Virus record (IMG/VR): IMGVR_UViG_3300037692_000077
Coordinates: 1 to 38,130 of that record
Reading direction: 5' to 3' (one strand)
Source of the DNA: a virus
Lineage: Duplodnaviria; Caudoviricetes
Length of the DNA stretch: 38,130 nt
The notes under the pieces were generated by a model. That model was not told the origin of the DNA, ran no database searches, and saw nothing but the letters and a program-made list of their open reading frames with translations. The translations under genes were made by a program, and so were the position numbers. This document shows, one piece after another, positions 15,616 through 23,738 of this stretch. Each line of letters starts with the position of its first letter. The stretch's first letter is position 1.

Positions 15616-16124
15616 TCTACACCTCCTATCACATCAAAAATGTTATCGGCTACTTTCAAAATCTGAATCGCTGTGTTTTGCCCTGCTGTTTTTGGCCCAC
15701 CGTTCAAAACTACGTCCACGGCTCCAGCAAGTGTAATTACGCCCGCTCCGGCCTGATATAGCGTAACGGGGCGCCCCAAAGGTATTGTGTTGGGAACTGT
15801 TACGTTGATATCGGTTGCTCCGGTGTAGCGCTTGTATTCGTTACCGGATGTTTCGTCAAGGGTTATGGATGTGGCGTGGTTGGTGATTACGATTGTCGGG
15901 TCGTATTCGGGGGTGGGCTCTGGTATGTCCGGCAAGTCGTCAATTGTTGCAAAAGGGTTATCCAAAGAAGGGTCGTTTGCAGCATTCAACGCCGCAACTT
16001 GATTCGCTGCTAAGTCAGTGCCGCCACCGCCTGCCGTTTGTTGGGTTAAGGTTATCGTAAATTCGGTATCCTTAACCTCTTCTATGGCTATTGTGTACTC
16101 GTTATTTGTCGTTAATTGGATCAT
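15612..16124 (-). CDS. Probable tail fibre/structural protein
   Basis: PS.DNPFAT..D linker and VTVP...P.G..VT.YQAGAG.ITL beta-rich C-domain. Confidence 0.6.
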   Translation of the reverse strand: MIQLTTNNEYTIAIEEVKDTEFTITLTQQTAGGGGTDLAANQVAALNAANDPSLDNPFATIDDLPDIPEPTPEYDPTIVITNHATSITLDETSGNEYKRYTGATDINVTVPNTIPLGRPVTLYQAGAGVITLAGAVDVVLNGGPKTAGQNTAIQILKVADNIFDVIGGVE

Positions 16125-16125
16125 G

Positions 16126-16476
16126 TTACGCCTCCTTTACTAATAAGATTCTGCCCTTTTCAGTGAAGGAATTAAAGCCCTCTGAGAAGCTGGCATCCGC
16201 TACCTTGTAATTGACTGAGATAATAACGTTGCCGGTCGGGGCTGTGTCGGCCTGTTCGGTGGTTATTTCAATGTAGAATTGGCCGGATTCAAGTGTTATT
16301 TCGGGGTATTCAGCTTCGGCAGGGTATCGAAAATCTAGCCATAATTCGTTATTAAATTCGCTGCGAAAAGTGGCGCTAAGGCTTTGCACATTCAAAGGAT
16401 TTACAACCACATCTCCGTCCTTATCCTTTACATCCAGCCGGAAGCGTAAATTTTCATTTTTGAATACTATCTTCAT
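16126..16476 (-). CDS. Probable Ig-like/BppU-like fibre adaptor
   Basis: Beta-strand pattern, G.F.IEIT.EQ...AP.G; first gene of the module. Confidence 0.5.
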   Translation of the reverse strand: MKIVFKNENLRFRLDVKDKDGDVVVNPLNVQSLSATFRSEFNNELWLDFRYPAEAEYPEITLESGQFYIEITTEQADTAPTGNVIISVNYKVADASFSEGFNSFTEKGRILLVKEA

Positions 16477-16498
16477 AATAGCAAGTATTTAGGTGTGA

Positions 16499-16529
16499 TA
16501 AAGTTAGTTTATTCCTTTGAATTGTCAAA
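16499..16529 (-). promoter_or_regulatory. Putative promoter for the second fibre module
   Basis: TTTG-N19-TAACTTTA immediately after the terminator. Confidence 0.55.
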
Positions 16530-16530
16530 T

Positions 16531-16560
16531 AAAAAAGCCGCTCTAACTAAAGAGCGGCTT
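16531..16560 (-). terminator. Rho-independent terminator
   Basis: AAGCCGCTCT-TTAGTT-AGAGCGGCTT with U-tract. Confidence 0.9.
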
Positions 16561-16608
16561 CCTCAACTAACTAAAATTATGAAAAACCCAGGTAACCAGC
16601 CTGTAGTG
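16531..16608 (-). ncRNA. Candidate sRNA antisense to translation-initiation regions
   Basis: -7 box TATCTTTG at 16612..16619, 5' hairpin CAGG/CCTG, unpaired TTTTTCATAATTTTAGTTAGTTG, terminator. Confidence 0.6.
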
Positions 16609-16619
16609 CTTCAAAGATA

Positions 16620-17042
16620 TTAAACTTTATTTGATTTTGCTAATTTGTTTTTGTCGAAATAGTCAATCAGTATCCGAACCCCCTCTTTAATTATAGGTAC
16701 AAGGTATGCAATATTGGCAGCGAGGGAGAATGAAATAGCGTAAATTAAAGCCCCCCACCATGGCGCCGATTCTAAAAACCCTAACTTTAGATACCATGCG
16801 ACAAAAGTTAGCGGAACAGCCAGACCCCACGACAATACTACCGACCATTGGCCCGTAATATTCAGCATTCTTTTTACCTTTTCGGTCAAAACTAGTATAA
16901 CAGCCAGGGCCGCAGGCCATGTGGCAAATCCTGTTTTAAACCACTCCCACAATTCGACCAAATCGGTAGGCGGTTCTGTTCCTTGTGCAAAAGCGAATAG
17001 CGGCAAAAATACCAGCATAATCATAAAAAGTAATCGTTTCAT
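16620..17042 (-). CDS. Multi-pass membrane protein (second holin-like)
   Basis: Start MKRLLFM; signal-like N-terminus plus three hydrophobic helices; follows the endolysin. Confidence 0.65.
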   Translation of the reverse strand: MKRLLFMIMLVFLPLFAFAQGTEPPTDLVELWEWFKTGFATWPAALAVILVLTEKVKRMLNITGQWSVVLSWGLAVPLTFVAWYLKLGFLESAPWWGALIYAISFSLAANIAYLVPIIKEGVRILIDYFDKNKLAKSNKV

Positions 17043-17064
17043 TTTGTTTGTTTTTAGTGAATAA

Positions 17065-17502
17065 TTATACAATTTCAATAGTGCCTTTATTACCGTGTTT
17101 GTCAAGCAAGGCAACCAGGGCGTTGGTCATTCCTGAATTTTCCAAATACCCGGCATCGTATTTCTTCCCGACAAGTGGGCATCCGAGCGAATTTTTGGCG
17201 GTACGGCCCCAATGTAGCCGGATGCCTTCAAAGTGTTTAACGTTGTGAATCGCAACCATGCGACGCCTGAATTTTGGCGAATAAGTGACCTCTATTGGGT
17301 AGGTGCCGTAAGGTATTGCTGTTTGGCCATACACTTTTGCTTCGTCACCGCCAAAAGTTCCGTTAGCGTTCGCATCTCTTACTCGGTCCTCGAGAGTGTC
17401 GCATAAGCGCAAGTTTGTATTTTCATTAATTAATACGCCTTCCGTGTATTCCTCTGTGAGCATTACACGTATCAATTTTAGTCTTAATGGTTCGTTTTTC
17501 AT
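17065..17502 (-). CDS. Putative endolysin, DUF5675 (L,D-transpeptidase-like) family
   Basis: CDTLED, TAIPYGTY, YSPKF, FEGIRLHWG.T..NSLGCPLVG. Confidence 0.8.
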   Translation of the reverse strand: MKNEPLRLKLIRVMLTEEYTEGVLINENTNLRLCDTLEDRVRDANANGTFGGDEAKVYGQTAIPYGTYPIEVTYSPKFRRRMVAIHNVKHFEGIRLHWGRTAKNSLGCPLVGKKYDAGYLENSGMTNALVALLDKHGNKGTIEIV

Positions 17503-17963
17503 CGTATAATAGCTATTAGTAACGCTAGTACCAGGGCGCCAATTATCGCCCAAACATACCATGCAATCGGCTTATCTACAAACGTCTCAATAATTTCTTT
17601 CTTGTCCCTGTAAAATATCCGGCTTTGAAGTGGTACACTATCCAAATAGTGAAACAAAACAAGGTTTAATTCTCCATTCTCAACCCATGCTCGCGCCGTT
17701 GATGTGCTGTTATTTAACTCGATTGTATCGGTATCCAATATAACAGCCTCTTTTATTTCCTGCTCCCGCTTTTCGGTAACGTTCAATAAGTCGTTTTTAA
17801 GGCTAACGTTTATTGATGTGGCACTATTGAGCAACTCAACATCTAAGCGATGAAAAATGGTGGTATCTGCTTCAAATTGGCGGTCGTATGTATGCACTTC
17901 CTTTGCCGGCCTACAACCAACAAATATCAAGACTGCTGCAATTATTACCAAGCTATTTTTCAT
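17499..17963 (-). CDS. Putative unimolecular spanin
   Basis: Start MKNSLV; lipobox IFVG-C and a C-terminal TM helix; lies between holin and endolysin. Confidence 0.7.
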   Translation of the reverse strand: MKNSLVIIAAVLIFVGCRPAKEVHTYDRQFEADTTIFHRLDVELLNSATSINVSLKNDLLNVTEKREQEIKEAVILDTDTIELNNSTSTARAWVENGELNLVLFHYLDSVPLQSRIFYRDKKEIIETFVDKPIAWYVWAIIGALVLALLIAIIR

Positions 17964-18501
17964 TATCGTCTTTTTTTGTGATATTTCCGAACGGGTCCGA
18001 TGGCGTGTACTTGTCGCCGGAGGGGGCATCAATATCCATTCCCGTCGCATCCTTTATTCTCTTTGCCAGAATTTTGCTCATTTTCGGAAACATAGCCCAA
18101 TCGGTAATTATGTACCCGTTCTGGAATATCGAAAACAATAATACCCCCGAAATAAACCACCCAATTACTTTATAAGTGCCTACAAAGTCCTGCGTAAAAA
18201 CGGTGTCCCAAAGATAAGCCGCAATTACCAGCATCAAAGATATGACCATTCGCGGCATGGTTGTTTTCCAGACAATACTTGCCGAAAATCTAACATTCCG
18301 GCCCTGTTTCCTCCCGCGTACACGCGCGGCCCAATACCCGAAAATCACATCGAGGATAAAAAAGAATACCATTAAATGCACAATGTCCCTCACTGGTAAT
18401 AAATACCCTATAATGCCGGTAAATATGCCGGCAATAACCGCGTAAAAGTTCGAAAACATATCGTGTACGGCCTCTGTCAACTGTTCCATCAATTCTCGCA
18501 T
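17953..18501 (-). CDS. Phage holin (holin_4_1-like)
   Basis: Several TM helices, FFILDVIFG..AA, SIFQN...I. Confidence 0.8.
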   Translation of the reverse strand: MRELMEQLTEAVHDMFSNFYAVIAGIFTGIIGYLLPVRDIVHLMVFFFILDVIFGYWAARVRGRKQGRNVRFSASIVWKTTMPRMVISLMLVIAAYLWDTVFTQDFVGTYKVIGWFISGVLLFSIFQNGYIITDWAMFPKMSKILAKRIKDATGMDIDAPSGDKYTPSDPFGNITKKDDNEK

Positions 18502-18521
18502 TTTGCGGGTTATTACTCGTT

Positions 18522-18689
18522 TTACTCTTCTCTCTTTTCGCTCTCTTCGGGTGCTGAAATATTAACCTCTGCGCCGGTTGCTTGAATCTCATCAAAAAGT
18601 GGGCGTATTTGCCCATGCGGGAGGCTGTTTAGCACGTCAATAATCTTCTTAAATGTTGAGTTAGGTAGTGCGATGTGTGTTTTTTCCAT
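18522..18689 (-). CDS. Small 55-aa protein (below track cutoff)
   Basis: MEKTHIALPNSTFKKIIDVLNSLPHGQIRPLFDEIQ...; A-rich start; fills the gap before the holin. Confidence 0.65.
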   Translation of the reverse strand: MEKTHIALPNSTFKKIIDVLNSLPHGQIRPLFDEIQATGAEVNISAPEESEKREE

Positions 18690-18788
18690 GATTTTTTAAA
18701 TTTGGTTTGTGTAAATATAGTGAAAAACAATAAAAGCTGTAACACTACTACGCTTAGTTGTTTTTTCATTGTTTAAGTTTTTTGAATA

Positions 18789-19832
18789 CTATAATTGACC
18801 TGGGGTTGTGGGATACCCTCCGACGGTTGTAATATTTGATGATTGGAAAATGGAGGCTAATGTACCATCAAGTCCCCTCAATACTCCGTTAATAGTTATC
18901 GTATTGCTGAAACCAGTCATCTCTAACCTATATAATAACCCTCCGTGGCTGACATATCCTGTATTTGATACAAACAGGGTATTGTTATTAGGATGTATCA
19001 AAGGAAAATTGACAGAAACACCTCCTGTAAGTGCTACAGAGAACTCTAAATCACCGACTTCATAAGTTTTAAAATCATAAGAAATATAGTCTATAGTACT
19101 ACCATTTGTGTAATACATTCTAAACCCACTATATCCTGAAACTCCGTCAAAATCTGATAATGAAATAGGAACAGTACTTTGATTTATTGTAAAATTAAAA
19201 TCAGGGTGCACATCTTCAATTAATTGGATAGGTGCGCCGGCCTCGTTGCAATACCACGCTTCAACACTCATTGTTCCTGATATGCTAATATTTGAGTAAG
19301 TAATATCTATCACATGAGTAGCCCCTATATTTAAATTCTGCACATCATCCATTTCGCTCCAAAATTCAACCGAGGGGTAGCCTGCTGGGTTCATGGTTAA
19401 TTTTATTTTAACTCTCCCCCAGCTTTCATAATCGAGACCAAAGGGCCATCTTTCACCCCTCCTTAAATTCCAATTTAATTGAATTCCATAGACGCCGCCA
19501 CCTTGATTACCCCATGTTGTCTCAAGAGCCGAATAAGGGTTATTGAAATAAGCAGGAGCCTTAGCCTCGTGATTATAACCCCCGAAATCGCCTAGATTAT
19601 AAGGTGGGGAAGAAGACTCAGGCCTAAACAAAGCGTACTCGTTAATGTTAGCAGATTGGCATAGCTGCCCTACGTTATTATTACTTTCTCCTAGTACGTT
19701 GCGAACATTTGATGTTGTAATATTTGAAACGTCAAATATTTTATTTACATCATTGTAATTTGTGATGTCACCAACGTCATTATTCACTATGTCGTATGTG
19801 CTTAATGTTGGTATATGTCTTTGTTTTGCCAT
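18789..19832 (-). CDS. Tail tip/receptor-binding protein
   Basis: VRNVLGE....VGQLC.S.NIN.YA.FRP...PY.LGDF.GYNH.A N-terminus as in Bacteroidota phage tail proteins, followed by beta-rich domains. Confidence 0.65.
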   Translation of the reverse strand: MAKQRHIPTLSTYDIVNNDVGDITNYNDVNKIFDVSNITTSNVRNVLGESNNNVGQLCQSANINEYALFRPESSSPPYNLGDFGGYNHEAKAPAYFNNPYSALETTWGNQGGGVYGIQLNWNLRRGERWPFGLDYESWGRVKIKLTMNPAGYPSVEFWSEMDDVQNLNIGATHVIDITYSNISISGTMSVEAWYCNEAGAPIQLIEDVHPDFNFTINQSTVPISLSDFDGVSGYSGFRMYYTNGSTIDYISYDFKTYEVGDLEFSVALTGGVSVNFPLIHPNNNTLFVSNTGYVSHGGLLYRLEMTGFSNTITINGVLRGLDGTLASIFQSSNITTVGGYPTTPGQL

Positions 19833-19835
19833 AAC

Positions 19836-20036
19836 TTATTTTTTAAATACTGTTAATTCTCCGCTTACCTTACATACACCATTGACAGTTAGGTCTCCTT
19901 TTACTATGAGAGAGTCCTCTATTGTATCCCCATCATAGTAATTCTTAACAACCTCTTTCTCGACTATAACCTCGACAGTCTTTTGAGGCAATTCTACTTT
20001 GAAAACTCTTGCGAGCCATAAAACTAATTTTTTCAT
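19836..20036 (-). CDS. Small tail-associated protein
   Basis: LIVKGDLTVNG....SGELT beta-helix-like repeat. Confidence 0.7.
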   Translation of the reverse strand: MKKLVLWLARVFKVELPQKTVEVIVEKEVVKNYYDGDTIEDSLIVKGDLTVNGVCKVSGELTVFKK

Positions 20037-23000
20037 ATACTCTGCTTCAATTGATTAACTTCTTTTCTTAATTCCCTTACCCCTGCTAAAAGTATCCCTA
20101 TCAATTGTATGTAATCGACACTCTTATAGCCGTTAGTTTGATGAACTAAATCGGGCAGTACATCTTCAAGCTGTTGAGCAATTAGGCCGTAATTGATGCG
20201 ATCATCCTTAGCGCTATTGAGGGCTATCGCTTTTTTATTCCATCGGTAGCGCACAGGGTTCAGCTTTTCAATAATATCTAAGGCGTTAGTGATTGGTAAC
20301 ACATCCCGCTTAAGTCTGATGTCTGAACTCGAATAAGCGGTTACTTCACCTTGGGCTGTTACATTCCCCCCGAAGGTGCCGGAGCCGGATGCGGTAAGCC
20401 CTACAGTGCTTATGCCAGAATTGTTAATTTTAGTTTGATTAGGTGAAAAAGTGTCACCGCCCGGCCTAAATATAAACTGTCCATCACCCTCAGCACTAAC
20501 AACAAGGATTTTTGCATTATTATCACGAATTCGAATAGTAGGTAGAAATATATCTCTACCACTACCTCCTATCCTTAGGCTCCCTTCAAACAACCCATTC
20601 CCTGCAACGTGTAAGCGCTCGGCGATATCGGTAATAACACCAACACCCATATTCCCAACTTCATCAATCCTAACCCTTTGCGCACTATTTGTACCAAACC
20701 ACAACCCCGCATTTGAATAGTTCATATATCCAATGTCCAAACTCCCCCCGGATGGCCTTCCTATATACCATAAATTAGTTCCCGTCTCATCTGCACCCCT
20801 TATGAATAAGGATTGTGACGCGGTCACCTGCTGTAATCTTAAGACCTCTCCATTAACTCTAAAGTTCCACGCCCCAGTCACAACCTCATTTTGTGACTTC
20901 CTCGCATAATCACTCGCAAGCACACCGCCCAGCCTTGCAGAATTATAAACCGTTGCCGTATTTTCAACCCAATTCTCTGTTGCGATGTTTTCAGCGCCTA
21001 GCTTCCATCTGTTATCAGTGCCGTAAACCAACTTGCTAACTTCTAAACCAGTGTCTTTATTGAAAATGGTTAGGCCGCTTTCAACAGTCGCACCGTCCTG
21101 ACGCCTGTTTAGCTGTAGCCTTGCGTCGTCAATAGTGATTACATCAGCAAGCCAATGATTAACTGTGCCGTGGATTGTAAGGTCTTTTACTGTGAAGTTC
21201 TGCGTCGAAGAGCCGGCCAAAGCAGCTTTACCATCCAAAGCATTTTGCAACCCAGTAATGGTTGATATTGCCTGGGTATGCGCTGCGGGTGTAAACGTTG
21301 TAGGCTTACTTGTAACCTCAGTCCACGCTGGCCATCTGGTTGCGGTAGCTGGCTTGCTTGCTATTTGTGACCAGTCGTGACCGTGTGCAGCTTCAAAAGC
21401 TGCAAGGGTGGTAGGCGTCAACCATATCGGCTTATCTGTTAAATCATTCCAGCTGCTCACCCCGACCTCTCCACCGCCGCCGCCATAGGTGGGGTCTATT
21501 TCAAGGAAGCCGTTAGCATTGATCCTGATGCCGTTTTGGTATATGCTAGCGGCCCTAATCCCGCCTAATTTAGTTTCTGTAGCCACAGGCAAGGCATCCC
21601 ACATATTAGGGGCGGTGTCCGTATTGGCGTATGCCGCAAGTTCTCCCTCTGAGAATAGATTCACATTTGCGGTTAGGACTGTGCCATCTTCGTTTACTGT
21701 GAAAAACTGCTCTAACCAACTGCCGCCACCCCCACCTGTCGAACCCGAGCCACTCGCCGCACTAACCCCGCTTATTGAGGCCACCTTGTCGCCATCTCCG
21801 TCACCAAAATAGCTATAAATATACTCCCTTACTGTATTTGAACTTATTGCAATTTCTTCAAGTGTCAATTCCACCTTTGAGCGGAAATAGTCAAATTTTG
21901 CATTTACAACAGTAAACCTCTTACTCCCACACGCCCGAAATATCGCTAACGGGTTGAAATTTTGCACCTCAATTGTGGCAGTGAGCAAATCATGCGTTTC
22001 ACTGAAAAGACGCGATTTTTCCCGTGCTATGTGCTGTAATAAAGGTAGCCCCTCAGTGTCAAACTTAGTCCTCCAAACATGATTTCTACGCCGCACCCCG
22101 TCAAAATTCTCGGTTATCGCTGCCTTTTCATCTCTTCTTATTCCGTAGAAGTAACCGTTTAATCCTTTTGTTATATGATCACCAAATATTGTAGTGTCAA
22201 TATCGTGCTGTTTTGTGTAGTCGTCGCCCTGTTCGCGCTTGTATAGGATACCCTTGCCGATGTCGGTAGTATCCGAAAATTCAACGGCCACAGAATTAAC
22301 GACTATATCATGCCAACCTTTTACCAGCCTGTTAAGCGGCGGTCCAGACGCGCCCCTTAATCCCGATCCCATAACTAAAACGTCTACGGTGTAATCATTA
22401 ATATTATCCCCATCCGCAAACGCCTCTATTTTACCCTCGAAAGTAAAACTTTTATAAATTGGCTCTCCATTTCCCGCTCCATCTTCTTTTATTTCTGCGA
22501 TGAAATAATCTGCATACATGGTAGAAAACCCGCCTGATACGAAAACGCCATTATTATTGAGCCTCATTGTTTCACTGCCCGTATTCAGTAATACCATAAC
22601 AGGCAATAATGCAATTTTTGAGCTTGCGACGTTTACGGTAATAGCTAATTTTGTTTCATTGCCAGCACTTACTACGCCTATATCAGAATATCTGATGTGC
22701 GAATGGGCCGAATCCCATAACATATCCGTATGCGAAATTAGTACAGACGGGGCGGCGCTATCGGCACCATAAGCCGCGCGAAAAAATGGTATTTGTTGTT
22801 GTTCATCTATATAAACCTCTTCAAATTCAATTAAGTTGGTCGTTTTTAAAGTGGCATTTAAAGAAGCCCACCCGCTTAATCCATCCCGAAAATCAAAGTT
22901 TTCAGGGTACGTCAACCCCCCTGCAAACTCATGAAAAACCCCTACCGAAGCAGCAACAGGCTGTAACGTCCTGCGCGCCCCAACTTCTACGTCGTCAAAA

Positions 23001-23737
23001 TCAATAATCTCTTCCGCGTAAAGAGTTGAAACGCTTTCTCCTGAATAAACACGCCCATCTCCTAAGGCATGTTGCATCTTATTGTAAATATGCCATTGCC
23101 CATCTTTTTGTACTATACGCGCGTTTGAACCTACCAAAATGGCTTTTACGATATCATAGCAATTAATCCTCTGACCGCGCGGTGTTACAAGGCGCTGTGA
23201 AGGTATCTCTATCAACGAAAACACGTTATCGCCTACCCATAAAATTGGCGTGCTAAACTCAAAGTCTAACATTGTCATAAGAGGCAATGTTAGCCCTGTT
23301 TTTGCAAGGCATGAAATAAGCAAATCGCGTATTTTTGAATATTGCGTGCTAGGCTCAATCGTAGCAGCTTTTAACGCTCCAAGCCTGTCAGTTGCGACCA
23401 TTTCAACAATCGCAGGGCTGCCAACAATTCGGGAAAAGAAGTCCGGAAGGATAAACCCAGACCACTTTAAAACACCGTCGATGTAATGATTAACTTTTAG
23501 CTCTGTTTCGGAAGAGGTTTTTAAGTTGTCGATATTAAAAGTCCCTGATTCAAATACTGAAATATCGGCGTTTGAGCTCATAATGAAGCCGGAATTATCC
23601 CCCTTGTCCATTTTGTAGTTCAGGATAAACGGCTCAGCTGTGCCTTCGATAACCTCGATAGGCGTCAATGCGCCCTTCACGATATCTAATCGCGCTGTTA
23701 CGCCCGCTTTATTGCAGTATTCAAGTCTATATATCAT
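20033..23737 (-). CDS. Tail tip/fibre protein with C-terminal peptidase S74 intramolecular chaperone
   Basis: Follows the tape measure; W..I..KP repeats; SSDIRLKRDV...LNPVRYRW...GLIAQ...VDY. Confidence 0.9.
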   Translation of the reverse strand: MIYRLEYCNKAGVTARLDIVKGALTPIEVIEGTAEPFILNYKMDKGDNSGFIMSSNADISVFESGTFNIDNLKTSSETELKVNHYIDGVLKWSGFILPDFFSRIVGSPAIVEMVATDRLGALKAATIEPSTQYSKIRDLLISCLAKTGLTLPLMTMLDFEFSTPILWVGDNVFSLIEIPSQRLVTPRGQRINCYDIVKAILVGSNARIVQKDGQWHIYNKMQHALGDGRVYSGESVSTLYAEEIIDFDDVEVGARRTLQPVAASVGVFHEFAGGLTYPENFDFRDGLSGWASLNATLKTTNLIEFEEVYIDEQQQIPFFRAAYGADSAAPSVLISHTDMLWDSAHSHIRYSDIGVVSAGNETKLAITVNVASSKIALLPVMVLLNTGSETMRLNNNGVFVSGGFSTMYADYFIAEIKEDGAGNGEPIYKSFTFEGKIEAFADGDNINDYTVDVLVMGSGLRGASGPPLNRLVKGWHDIVVNSVAVEFSDTTDIGKGILYKREQGDDYTKQHDIDTTIFGDHITKGLNGYFYGIRRDEKAAITENFDGVRRRNHVWRTKFDTEGLPLLQHIAREKSRLFSETHDLLTATIEVQNFNPLAIFRACGSKRFTVVNAKFDYFRSKVELTLEEIAISSNTVREYIYSYFGDGDGDKVASISGVSAASGSGSTGGGGGSWLEQFFTVNEDGTVLTANVNLFSEGELAAYANTDTAPNMWDALPVATETKLGGIRAASIYQNGIRINANGFLEIDPTYGGGGGEVGVSSWNDLTDKPIWLTPTTLAAFEAAHGHDWSQIASKPATATRWPAWTEVTSKPTTFTPAAHTQAISTITGLQNALDGKAALAGSSTQNFTVKDLTIHGTVNHWLADVITIDDARLQLNRRQDGATVESGLTIFNKDTGLEVSKLVYGTDNRWKLGAENIATENWVENTATVYNSARLGGVLASDYARKSQNEVVTGAWNFRVNGEVLRLQQVTASQSLFIRGADETGTNLWYIGRPSGGSLDIGYMNYSNAGLWFGTNSAQRVRIDEVGNMGVGVITDIAERLHVAGNGLFEGSLRIGGSGRDIFLPTIRIRDNNAKILVVSAEGDGQFIFRPGGDTFSPNQTKINNSGISTVGLTASGSGTFGGNVTAQGEVTAYSSSDIRLKRDVLPITNALDIIEKLNPVRYRWNKKAIALNSAKDDRINYGLIAQQLEDVLPDLVHQTNGYKSVDYIQLIGILLAGVRELRKEVNQLKQSI

Positions 23738-23738
23738 A

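Noticed and set aside
16579-16623. Plus-strand 14-codon ORF MKNPGNQPVVLQRY with an ideal start context
   Set aside because: No plus-strand promoter seen; promoter and terminator polarity point to a minus-strand RNA. Kept as the alternative hypothesis for the sRNA
18629-18769. 46-aa signal-peptide-like ORF MKKQLSVVVLQLLLFF...
   Set aside because: Overlaps a better ORF by 61 nt and a promoter candidate; possibly a remnant of a deleted exported-protein gene
14923-23737. Diversity-generating retroelement acting on fibre genes
   Set aside because: No reverse transcriptase and no TR/VR-like duplicated segment seen
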